Of a DNA stretch of 55,509 bases, positions 34,161 through 42,085 are shown in pieces. Positions within the stretch are counted from its first letter, which is position 1, and every line of letters starts with the position of its first letter. The translations under genes and the position numbers were made by a program. The notes under the pieces are model-generated. The model had not been told where the DNA came from, did not search any database, and saw only the letters and a list, made by a program, of their open reading frames with translations. Source of the DNA: a virus (Duplodnaviria; Caudoviricetes); the IMG/VR virus record IMGVR_UViG_3300032323_000841, positions 1 to 55,509 of that record; one strand, written 5' to 3'.

Positions 34161-34284
34161 GCCTCTTCTCTACTCTCATCAGTTCTCTGCTCCCGCTCGG
34201 CATCGGCCTGCTCCTCGGCCTGCTGCCAAAGAAGATCCTCGGCCTCTTCCCATGTATACCCCTCGTCCATTAGTTTGCTGCGGT

Positions 34285-35835
34285 TCATACGGCCAACTTG
34301 ATTTGTTTAAATGATGCGGCCCCGAGATCTGCAAGGTTGTCTACCTTGATGTTCTGCGGGTAGACCCGGCTCACGTCCAGTTCAATGCCGACCCCGAGGG
34401 TGGTGATCCCGAGGTTAGTCCCGGCCTGCACCTGACGGGCCGTTGCCTCGGGTTCCCCGTTACCATCGGTCAGCACGATGCACACCTTGCGGGCCTCCCT
34501 GCGCTGGAGCAAAAGCTTGTGGGCATATCGCACAGCGAAGAAGTCATTCGTACCACCGCTCGGGGTCAGACGCGACAGGGCATCAAGGCCTAGGGCCTTG
34601 CGCTCGTTCCAGTCCTTCACAACGCTCGTGCCGTGGTTGAACGACAGCACTGCGGTGGCCACTCCCGCCCGGTCCAGCACGTCGAGCAGGGCCGCGCAGC
34701 ACTGCACAGCAGGGGCAAGGCGAGTGCGTCGCATGGAACTAGATACGTCCACCACCAGCACCACCGCAGAATCAACCCCCGCAGTCTCCGAGCGACGTTT
34801 AAATACCTTGTCACTGACACTCAGGCGAGACAGGGCATTCACGTCCACCGTCCCGGCTGCGCGGCGCAAGCCGAATTCAACCTTCGCAGTGTCATCAAAC
34901 AGGCGTTTCAAGTTGTACCGCAGTGCACCGGGCACGGTGATCTGGATATCGAAGGCCTTACCCTCGACATGCGCACCCTTGCGGTACAGGAGTGTCTCTT
35001 CACAGTATGACGCACTCATCCCCCCCGTACCCTCGGGGTCGGGGGACATCACCACGGGTTCGACCGGGCGGAAGGCCTCCTTCCCTGTGGGCGCGGTGGC
35101 AGGGGAAGGGGTAGGGGTGTTCTCGCCCTTGTTCGCGTCTCCTGTGCCCTTCTGGGGGCCTTCCTGCCCCTTCTGCTTGCCTTGCTGCTTGTTCTGCTTG
35201 TTCTGCTTATTTTTCTCGGGCAGGAATTTCAATTGACCGTAGACCCACTCGGCAATCCGCAGGGCATCGGCACTGCTGCCGCACGATTTAAACTGACGTG
35301 CTGCTTCCTCGAAGATCGGCTCCAGACCGGGGGCCAATGGTACCTTGGTGGTGGCATGGTCCCGCAGGTAGACAGCAAGGGCAAACGGGTATTGCGCAGG
35401 GTTCCCCCAATCGGTCACGTCGGCCATTGCCTCGGCCACCATGCCATCGATGAGGCTAGAAAAGAGTGCCTGAATATTCCCGGTCAGGCCTGACTGGATA
35501 GCCCGACGTTCAATGTAGGCATCCTCGACGGCATTGTGTAGTTGTGTTAGCAGGCGGTCATTGCTGGCTGCGAATACCACATTCCAATCGGTATAGGCGT
35601 GGTGGCACAGTTCGTGTGCACCCATGCCGATATACCGCAGCAGCGTTGCGTGAGGGATGCGTGAGTCATCCTGCACGTCGGCCAGCAGCACCCGGCCAGA
35701 ATTATTGATGGCTGCGGTCTGGACTTCATGGGTCCACTGCACGGTGATCTTGTGCAAGCCGAGCGAGGTATTGATCTTCCCGAGCACCTCTTCAACGGCG
35801 GCGCGGAACTCGAAACCAGAATAGAAGGCTTTCAT
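34285..35835 (-). CDS. VWA-domain protein with N-terminal HExxH region (CobT-like)
   Basis: AHELCH..NAVED..IE; MIDAS DVSSSM, GGT, VLTDG. Confidence 0.85.
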   Translation of the reverse strand: MKAFYSGFEFRAAVEEVLGKINTSLGLHKITVQWTHEVQTAAINNSGRVLLADVQDDSRIPHATLLRYIGMGAHELCHHAYTDWNVVFAASNDRLLTQLHNAVEDAYIERRAIQSGLTGNIQALFSSLIDGMVAEAMADVTDWGNPAQYPFALAVYLRDHATTKVPLAPGLEPIFEEAARQFKSCGSSADALRIAEWVYGQLKFLPEKNKQNKQNKQQGKQKGQEGPQKGTGDANKGENTPTPSPATAPTGKEAFRPVEPVVMSPDPEGTGGMSASYCEETLLYRKGAHVEGKAFDIQITVPGALRYNLKRLFDDTAKVEFGLRRAAGTVDVNALSRLSVSDKVFKRRSETAGVDSAVVLVVDVSSSMRRTRLAPAVQCCAALLDVLDRAGVATAVLSFNHGTSVVKDWNERKALGLDALSRLTPSGGTNDFFAVRYAHKLLLQRREARKVCIVLTDGNGEPEATARQVQAGTNLGITTLGVGIELDVSRVYPQNIKVDNLADLGAASFKQIKLAV

Positions 35836-35844
35836 TCTGTCACC

Positions 35845-37221
35845 TCACAGGTAATCGTTGATTGTGTATTCACTGATGCAGGCGGCATAGATACCACGCA
35901 GCACAGCATGCGATTCCGAGGGCTGGCGGGCCACTACAGCGGCCTCCCATGCCTCGCCCGGGGGCAGCACCCGCAGGGCGCGGATGAAGGCCATAGCCGA
36001 GCGGATACTAGGCGCGTCTGTGATCTCGGCGGTCTCGACCTTGGAGCGGGCCACCTTGATCGCACCATGCACATGCTGTGCCAGTTCGAAGGCGCACCCG
36101 GTGTGCTGGACCAGTGCCCGGATTTCCTGATTCTCTGGCAGGAATTTAAACGCGATCACCCGGGCGAAGCGATCAACCAGTGCCGAATTCTGGTTCCGAG
36201 TCCCTGCGTAGCGGCCCGAGTCGTCCCCGCTGCCGAAGGTGTTGTCAGCAGCGAACACCATCACCCCGGGGGCACGAATATGGGTTTGCCCCCCGAATGC
36301 CACGCAAGCTTTAGGTTCCAGAAACCCGTTAAGCGGGGCCAGTTCGCCCGGGTCTGCGTTAGTGATCTCGTCCAGCAGGATCACAGTGGACGGGCAGGTG
36401 TACCCTTGCAGGAAGTCCCGCTTCTCGAACACGGTAGCACCACCCTGCAAACCCACGGCCCCGATGTATTCCTCGGCTGCTGTGTACTTATGGAAGTTGA
36501 TGCGTTTAAATGCGCGCCCCGTCCGGGCGGCCCACTGGCGGGCTGTCTCGGACTTACCCGTGCCCTTGTCCCCCCCGAACCACAGGTTTTCCCCGGTCTC
36601 CTGTGCCAGCAGCAGGTGACGCAGAATCGGCTCGGTCCAAATAAAATCCGGGTCAATCGCGGGTGCTTCGGGGTGGTTCCAAACCTCTACCATCATCGGC
36701 TGGCCCTTCATGTCCAGCACATCAAGGCCGAATACGTCCACGGCGGGGCGGGTGTCCACCACATGCACAGCAGACAGGTCGGCCACAATGGACTGTGCCC
36801 CTGCCTGCTCCACTGCCGATTTAAACGGAGCAAATGCCTCGGCCACGGCCCGGGTAACGGCCCGGCTCACCTCCACAGGGTCGGCCCCCTCGGGCTTTGC
36901 ACGAGCAAGCTTTTCCAAGCCCTTCACCTGCTCGGCCACAGAACGGACGGCGGCAGCAGCATCAAGCGCGAGGGTCTCGGCCCGGGCTGCCACGGCAGCA
37001 GCAGCAGCGACAGCGGGGGACTCGACGGCGGGGGCGGGCGCGCCTGCCGGGGGCACGAGGTCGGACAGTGCCAGCATGCCGCCCTTCACCATCTCGGCCA
37101 GCCATGCTGCGGCCTGTGCTTTTGTCACCCCCTCGGGGCCACCGTATCGACGCAGGGCAGCGATGATGACGGGGGTCGGCAGGGCATTGATCTGATTGAA
37201 GGTTTTAACGTCGGCGCTCAT
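35845..37221 (-). CDS. MoxR/CbbQ/CobS-family AAA+ ATPase
   Basis: GDKGTGKS, LLDEI, AADNT, NSALVDRF, PSIR; ATG 37221 with GGAG RBS. Confidence 0.88.
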   Translation of the reverse strand: MSADVKTFNQINALPTPVIIAALRRYGGPEGVTKAQAAAWLAEMVKGGMLALSDLVPPAGAPAPAVESPAVAAAAAVAARAETLALDAAAAVRSVAEQVKGLEKLARAKPEGADPVEVSRAVTRAVAEAFAPFKSAVEQAGAQSIVADLSAVHVVDTRPAVDVFGLDVLDMKGQPMMVEVWNHPEAPAIDPDFIWTEPILRHLLLAQETGENLWFGGDKGTGKSETARQWAARTGRAFKRINFHKYTAAEEYIGAVGLQGGATVFEKRDFLQGYTCPSTVILLDEITNADPGELAPLNGFLEPKACVAFGGQTHIRAPGVMVFAADNTFGSGDDSGRYAGTRNQNSALVDRFARVIAFKFLPENQEIRALVQHTGCAFELAQHVHGAIKVARSKVETAEITDAPSIRSAMAFIRALRVLPPGEAWEAAVVARQPSESHAVLRGIYAACISEYTINDYL

Positions 37222-37237
37222 GGTCAGGGTCTCCGAT

Positions 37238-37822
37238 TTAAACGGTAAGGGTGTCACCACACGGGCAGACGGGCATGCCACGGTCCACCCATTTTTGGGT
37301 GGTCCTGACCGTGTACCCGCAGGACGGGCAGCACAGTTTGAGCATGCGGGTCGGCTGCACAGGGGCCTCGCTTGCAGGGGTTAGCTGGCCGTGGGGGTAG
37401 TCCCCCAACAGGTCCAGCATGGGGCCGTAGGTGGTGGCGAAGGTGGCATTGCCCTTAGTGGACTTCCATGCTTGCCGGGTGGTCCCGACGGCCACCAGAC
37501 CCATATCCCGGGCCACGGCTTGGAAGGCGGTCCCGTGATTCATTGCCCCATCGGTCGCGTGGCAGAGTTCGTGCACGAGGGTCTCGAAAACTTCGAGGCG
37601 GTCGGCCAGCACAGGGGAGACGAGAATTTCAATGTGTGCATCAGCACTGGCAGCACTGGCCCAACACTGGCCGATCGCCTTGCTGCGGCGGGCATGCAGG
37701 GGGAACCCACAGGCCACCCGGATAGCCAGTGGCAGGGGCTTGCTGATCTGATCGAAGGCGGGGCGAAGGGAATCCACGGCGGCAGTTAGCCAAGCTTCGC
37801 GGGTGTGGTGAATGAGGTTCAT
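37238..37822 (-). CDS. SprT-like Zn metalloprotease with C-terminal Zn ribbon
   Basis: GQCW, TLVHELCH, NHG..F, CPSCGY..R..CPCG. Confidence 0.82.
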   Translation of the reverse strand: MNLIHHTREAWLTAAVDSLRPAFDQISKPLPLAIRVACGFPLHARRSKAIGQCWASAASADAHIEILVSPVLADRLEVFETLVHELCHATDGAMNHGTAFQAVARDMGLVAVGTTRQAWKSTKGNATFATTYGPMLDLLGDYPHGQLTPASEAPVQPTRMLKLCCPSCGYTVRTTQKWVDRGMPVCPCGDTLTV

Positions 37823-37826
37823 TGTC

Positions 37827-37934
37827 TTATCTCCGAAAGGTGCGACGGTGGCTGAACAGGCGCCGGGTCATGATGGCCTCTTTGTATGCCTGAAGAACGT
37901 GGTATCTCCACAGGTTGGACTGGCCGAGGGTCAT
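37827..37934 (-). CDS. Tiny basic protein (35 aa)
   Basis: MTLGQSNLWRYHVLQAYKEAIMTRRLFSHRRTFRR*; ATGA-coupled to upstream ORF. Confidence 0.4.
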   Translation of the reverse strand: MTLGQSNLWRYHVLQAYKEAIMTRRLFSHRRTFRR

Positions 37935-38020
37935 GGCTGCATGCTCCAAAAATACAGGGCGAAGGGCAGGGCGAGGATGGCTGCCACGATAAGGGCTGCG
38001 AAGGTGTCACGGTTGTGCAT
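37931..38020 (-). CDS. Tiny TM protein (29 aa)
   Basis: MHNRDTFAALIVAAILALPFALYFWSMQP*; GAGGA RBS. Confidence 0.5.
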   Translation of the reverse strand: MHNRDTFAALIVAAILALPFALYFWSMQP

Positions 38021-38040
38021 GGTTGCTTCCTCTACGGTCA

Positions 38041-38277
38041 TCAGTACAGGTTGCCTTGTCCCCGCGCAGCGTAGGCGGCGGTGACAGAATTTTCATATCG
38101 CTCGGCTTGTTCGGCCTGATAGGTCTCCCACTCATGGGTGTCATATGCCTCCCTGAGGGCGGCACAGTCCACACCAAACGCAGACGCAACGCGCCAGCAC
38201 TCATCAGGGAATTCGGCTCCATCGAGTTGCATCAGGGTCAGCAGGCGCAGCAGGGCGCGGTCAATATCGGTGCTCAT
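38041..38277 (-). CDS. Hypothetical early protein
   Basis: MSTDIDRALLRLL...; repeated GGAG leader. Confidence 0.65.
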   Translation of the reverse strand: MSTDIDRALLRLLTLMQLDGAEFPDECWRVASAFGVDCAALREAYDTHEWETYQAEQAERYENSVTAAYAARGQGNLY

Positions 38278-38291
38278 GGTGGGTCTCCGGG

Positions 38292-38414
38292 TTAGACAAA
38301 CAGGGTGATCAGGGAGCACAGCAGGAAGGGGATTCCCACGAGGGCAAGCAGTGCTATCTGCACCTTTTCCTGCTCGGACATGCGGGGCTTGCGGGGAGGG
38401 ATTTTGTAAAGCAT
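38292..38414 (-). CDS. Tiny TM protein (40 aa)
   Basis: MLYKIPPRKPRMSEQEKVQIALLALVGIPFLLCSLITLFV*; repeated GGAG leader. Confidence 0.55.
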   Translation of the reverse strand: MLYKIPPRKPRMSEQEKVQIALLALVGIPFLLCSLITLFV

Positions 38415-38480
38415 GGTCGGGGTCTCCGGGTTAAGTGCGAACTGCACTCCAATGGCCCCGGCGGGGCCATCAGGCTGCGG

Positions 38481-38705
38481 TCAGGCGTCGTCCAGTGCGT
38501 TTTGTTGGTGCTGCTGCCACGCCGCGCCAGCACCATCCTCATATTCAAAAGGCTCCGATCTCTTGACGGCCCACATGTGATCCCTTGCGGCCTCCAGATC
38601 GGCCTCTGCTTGCGCCAAGGTTTCGCTTGCGCCGAGGCTCCAAAGCAGGTGGCGGCGGCTTTTGGCCTTTTCGTATGCGGCTTCAGCGATTTCGAGTTTG
38701 GTCAT
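38481..38705 (-). CDS. Hypothetical early protein
   Basis: 74 aa; repeated GGAG leader; first gene of the leftward block. Confidence 0.65.
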   Translation of the reverse strand: MTKLEIAEAAYEKAKSRRHLLWSLGASETLAQAEADLEAARDHMWAVKRSEPFEYEDGAGAAWQQHQQNALDDA

Positions 38706-38937
38706 GGTCTAGGCTCCGGGTTGTGCTATTGCTAGCGGTCCGGGCAGTGTAATCGATTGTGGCCATGTAAATGCATTCCTGAGTGCTGCGTGGGGTTATT
38801 CCGGGGCCGGGCAGGACGGTCTAGGGGGACTGCACTCTATATAGATATGCAGGGTCCGGGGGCCTGATCCGGGGCAAAAGTAATACTTTTCCGAGAAGTA
38901 TTAAAAACCGCTCAGAACGGCCTAGGTGAGGCGATCA

Positions 38938-38963
38938 GGGGTAGGGTAAGGGGTAGGGTAGGG
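38938..38963 (+). repeat. (GGGTA)n G-tract repeat
   Basis: GGGGtaGGGtaaGGGGtaGGGtaGGG, five G runs. Confidence 0.8.
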
Positions 38964-39011
38964 TCTAGACCGAAAACCTCACCACGGCCCGATTAGGGGC
39001 CTTCCTGACAC

Positions 39012-39132
39012 TGTGCATATCCTGTGGATAAGTGCTTGTCCACAGCGGTCCGAGAGTTATCCACAGAATCCACAGAGTTGTCCACATGAACAAGATGTGG
39101 ATAACTTGACGCTGTGGATAGGGTGTGGATAA
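39012..39132. promoter_or_regulatory. DnaA-box cluster
   Basis: Perfect TTATCCACA/TGTGGATAA at 39023, 39057, 39096, 39124; near-matches at 39012, 39036, 39066, 39078, 39113. Confidence 0.85.
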
Positions 39133-39176
39133 TGCGAACAGTCTGGACATTTAAACAGCATGAGGGGAATTACAGT

Positions 39177-39833
39177 ATGAGCCACGGTGAAGATACGAGG
39201 GACCGACTGAGGGCCACCAAAGATGAGTACCTGCGGGCACTGGAACAGGCGGCAGCGGGTGACGATTTAAACGGTGATGACCCGGGGGCCGAGATGAGCG
39301 AAGCGGAACGGCTGGCCCTTCGCGCAGATCCTCCAGTAGTAAGAGCAGATGGAAGAGTAAGGGGGAGTGAGATACCCAGACCCAGACCATTGACAAGCAG
39401 CCAGATGGAATTCACCAAGGGCCTGATCCAAGGGAAAACAATGCGTCAAGCCTATAGAGATGCATACCCGAATGCCAAAGGAGATGACAGAACAATCACG
39501 GCAGCAGCCTACAGGGTGAGTAGAGACGAGAGGGTCCAGAAGGCACTACAAGATGCATGGGGCGAGACAGTGGAAGTGCTGGCGGAAGACACAGCAGCGA
39601 CTAAACGGTACGTGCTCAAGGAGTTGTTGGCACTCAGCAAAGCAGGCAAACAGGAAGGCTCACGGTTGAAAGCACTAGAACTGATGGGACGAGCAGCAGG
39701 CATGTTCCAAGCACAGGAAGCAGACAAGCCCGCAGCAGTGACACCTGACGCATTGCGCAGAGAACTAGCTGGCCACCTGAAGCTGCTGGACAACGTCAGG
39801 CCGATCAGCAAGCAGCAGGTGAGTGAGGGCTAG
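39177..39833 (+). CDS. terS: Terminase small subunit
   Basis: LTSSQMEF..G.TMRQAYRDAY..AAAYRV HTH and SRLKALELMGR; upstream of TerL. Confidence 0.75.
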   Translation: MSHGEDTRDRLRATKDEYLRALEQAAAGDDLNGDDPGAEMSEAERLALRADPPVVRADGRVRGSEIPRPRPLTSSQMEFTKGLIQGKTMRQAYRDAYPNAKGDDRTITAAAYRVSRDERVQKALQDAWGETVEVLAEDTAATKRYVLKELLALSKAGKQEGSRLKALELMGRAAGMFQAQEADKPAAVTPDALRRELAGHLKLLDNVRPISKQQVSEG

Positions 39834-40127
39834 TGCAGTGCTCACGTCACGCAGTGCAGTGCCCAAGCTTCCCCCTTCTACTCTCATCAGCGAGGGGGGC
39901 AGTGGCATGCGAGGCGGGCACGGCGCGACCCCACCCACTCCCCACCCCCGGACTGGCCCAGCATACCTCCCCCTCCCATGCCTACGCTGTAATCCACTCC
40001 CACAATTACCCCCTCCCCACCACCACGAACGTTCCCACCCGCACCTCATCGTGTAAATCTGGGGAGACCCCCGGGTAGATGAGTTTTTGTAGACCCCCGG
40101 GGGGTGTATATTTTTTCATTTAAATGC

Positions 40128-40156
40128 TTGCGAACGTTCTCATTCTGATTTAAACT
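40128..40156 (+). promoter_or_regulatory. Sigma70-like promoter
   Basis: TTGCGA-N17-TAAACT ahead of the TerL operon. Confidence 0.45.
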
Positions 40157-40360
40157 GTGTTTATGGACGACATCATTGATTACGCGAGGCCGACGATGTT
40201 GGCTGAGAAGGCTCTCAAGGACATGCATAACGCGATGCTTGAGAAGAGGTATGAGGATGCGATGGATGATGTGGTGGATGCCATGCATCATCTGAGCGCA
40301 GTGGTACGTGCTATTGATGCGGAGCGCAGAAATGTACGAAAAGCACCAGCTAGTGCTTGA
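40157..40360 (+). CDS. Hypothetical protein
   Basis: Helical 65-67 aa ORF (IIDYARPTMLAEKALK). Confidence 0.6.
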   Translation: MFMDDIIDYARPTMLAEKALKDMHNAMLEKRYEDAMDDVVDAMHHLSAVVRAIDAERRNVRKAPASA

Positions 40361-40562
40361 TTTCATCAAGGCGTACATCAAGCTTCATGGTGTAGCGCCT
40401 TCGTATACAGTGATTGCCAAGGGTATTGGATTGAGGTCCAAGGCGAATGTGCATCGGATTGTTCATAAGTTGAAGGATGAGGGCAGATTGACGCTACGGC
40501 CTCATAAGTTCAATTCGATCAGTCTGGTGGATCAGTCTGTACGGGCTGTGGGGCGTCTGTGA
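40332..40562 (+). CDS. LexA-type DNA-binding domain protein lacking the peptidase domain
   Basis: QLVLDFIKAYIKLHGVAPSYTVIAKGIGLRSKANVHRIVHKLKDEG. Confidence 0.78.
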   Translation: MYEKHQLVLDFIKAYIKLHGVAPSYTVIAKGIGLRSKANVHRIVHKLKDEGRLTLRPHKFNSISLVDQSVRAVGRL

Positions 40563-42070
40563 GTTTCTTGACCAAGAAGGAGGTATCGGACTATCAGTCC
40601 TTGATACCTCTTGTGGGGGATGAGGAGAGGGTCAAGATTCTTCAGCTACTGGAGCTGGACAAGGTCCAGAGGTGCCGGGAGTCCTTCATCTTCTTTGTAT
40701 CCCAGATGTGGCCGGTCTTCATCTCTGGCAAGCACCATCAGATCATGGCAGATGCCTTTGAGCGTGTGGCTCGGGGTGAGTTAAAGCGTCTGATCATCAA
40801 CATGCCGCCCCGGCATACTAAGTCTGAGTTTGCTTCTTACCTCCTTCCTGCGTGGTTTCTGGGTAGGTTCCCCACTAAGAAGATCATTCAGACTGCTCAC
40901 ACCGCAGAACTGGCCGTCGGGTTCGGTCGGAAGGTGCGAAATCTGGTCTCCTCTGACCTGTATCAGAAGGTCTTTGAGACCAAACTATCCTCCGATTCCA
41001 AGGCAGCCGGGCGCTGGAACACGGATGTGGGAGGCGACTACTTCGCTATCGGTGTCGGCGGCGCAGTAACGGGTAAAGGTGCCGACCTACTCATCATCGA
41101 CGACCCCCATTCTGAGCAGGAAGCCAAGCAGGGCAACCCCGCAGTCTATGACGGGGTGTATGAGTGGTACACATCCGGCCCACGCCAGCGTCTTCAGCCG
41201 GGCGGAGCCATCATTATTGTGATGACCCGGTGGTCTAAGAGAGACCTGACCGGCCAAATCCTGCGTGGCAGTGAAAAAGAAGGCACAAATGAGTGGGAAG
41301 TCATCGAATTTCCCGCCATCCTGCCCTCTGGAACCCCCTTGTGGCCCGGTTTCTGGAAGAAAGAAGAGCTTGAAGCTCTAAAAGCTGAACTTCCGGTCGC
41401 TAAATGGGAGGCCCAGTACCAGCAAAACCCCACTTCCGAGGAAGGGGCCATCATCAAGCGGGAAAACTGGCGGATCTGGACCGAAGATTCGCCCCCGCAG
41501 TGCGAATACATCATCCAAAGCTGGGATACGGCCTTTGAAAAGTCCAACAGAGCGGACTATTCAGCCTGTACAACGTGGGGAGTCTTCCAACATCCCGACG
41601 ATACAGGAAACTACAAGACAAATATTATTGTTTTGGACGCTGTAAAGCGCCGGATGGAGTTCCCGGAGCTTAAACAGAAGGCTATGGAGATGTACAAGGA
41701 GTGGTCTCCTGACTCCCTGATCATCGAAAAGAAGGCCGCCGGAGCGCCTCTGGTCTATGAGCTGCGACAGATGGGCATCCCGCTTCAGGAATATACACCG
41801 GGCAAAGGAAACGATAAGATCGCTCGTGTAAACGCCATCTCGGACCTTTTTGCATCCGGCGTTGTATGGTGCCCGGAAACCCGCTGGGCAGATGAACTCA
41901 TGGAAGAACTCGCAGCCTTTCCTAACGGCGATCACGATGACTTGGTGGACTCAACCAGCCAAGCTTTGCTTCGCTTTAGGCAAGGTGGATTTGTCTCCAT
42001 CAGTTCCGACGAACCTGATGAGCCAAGGTTCTTCAAAGGCCGGCGCTCAGAACGTTATTACACCGTGTAA
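40559..42070 (+). CDS. terL: Terminase large subunit
   Basis: INMPPRHTKS, LLIIDDP, VMTRW, QYQQNP, SWDTA, HDDLVDS. Confidence 0.95.
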   Translation: MSFLTKKEVSDYQSLIPLVGDEERVKILQLLELDKVQRCRESFIFFVSQMWPVFISGKHHQIMADAFERVARGELKRLIINMPPRHTKSEFASYLLPAWFLGRFPTKKIIQTAHTAELAVGFGRKVRNLVSSDLYQKVFETKLSSDSKAAGRWNTDVGGDYFAIGVGGAVTGKGADLLIIDDPHSEQEAKQGNPAVYDGVYEWYTSGPRQRLQPGGAIIIVMTRWSKRDLTGQILRGSEKEGTNEWEVIEFPAILPSGTPLWPGFWKKEELEALKAELPVAKWEAQYQQNPTSEEGAIIKRENWRIWTEDSPPQCEYIIQSWDTAFEKSNRADYSACTTWGVFQHPDDTGNYKTNIIVLDAVKRRMEFPELKQKAMEMYKEWSPDSLIIEKKAAGAPLVYELRQMGIPLQEYTPGKGNDKIARVNAISDLFASGVVWCPETRWADELMEELAAFPNGDHDDLVDSTSQALLRFRQGGFVSISSDEPDEPRFFKGRRSERYYTV

Positions 42071-42085
42071 ACGGCTGGAGTCAAT

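Noticed and set aside
34285-37221. CobS/CobT read as cobalamin biosynthesis auxiliary genes
   Set aside because: No cobN or other cob genes; the motifs only support a generic MoxR-VWA pair
35728-37248. Long antisense ORFs (506 aa here; also 21651-23051 and 47280-48578)
   Set aside because: They shadow well-supported genes on the opposite strand, as expected in GC-rich DNA, and carry no motifs
38020-38075. CTGATGA on the minus strand as a hammerhead ribozyme core
   Set aside because: No stem II followed by GAAA; it is explained by tandem stop codons
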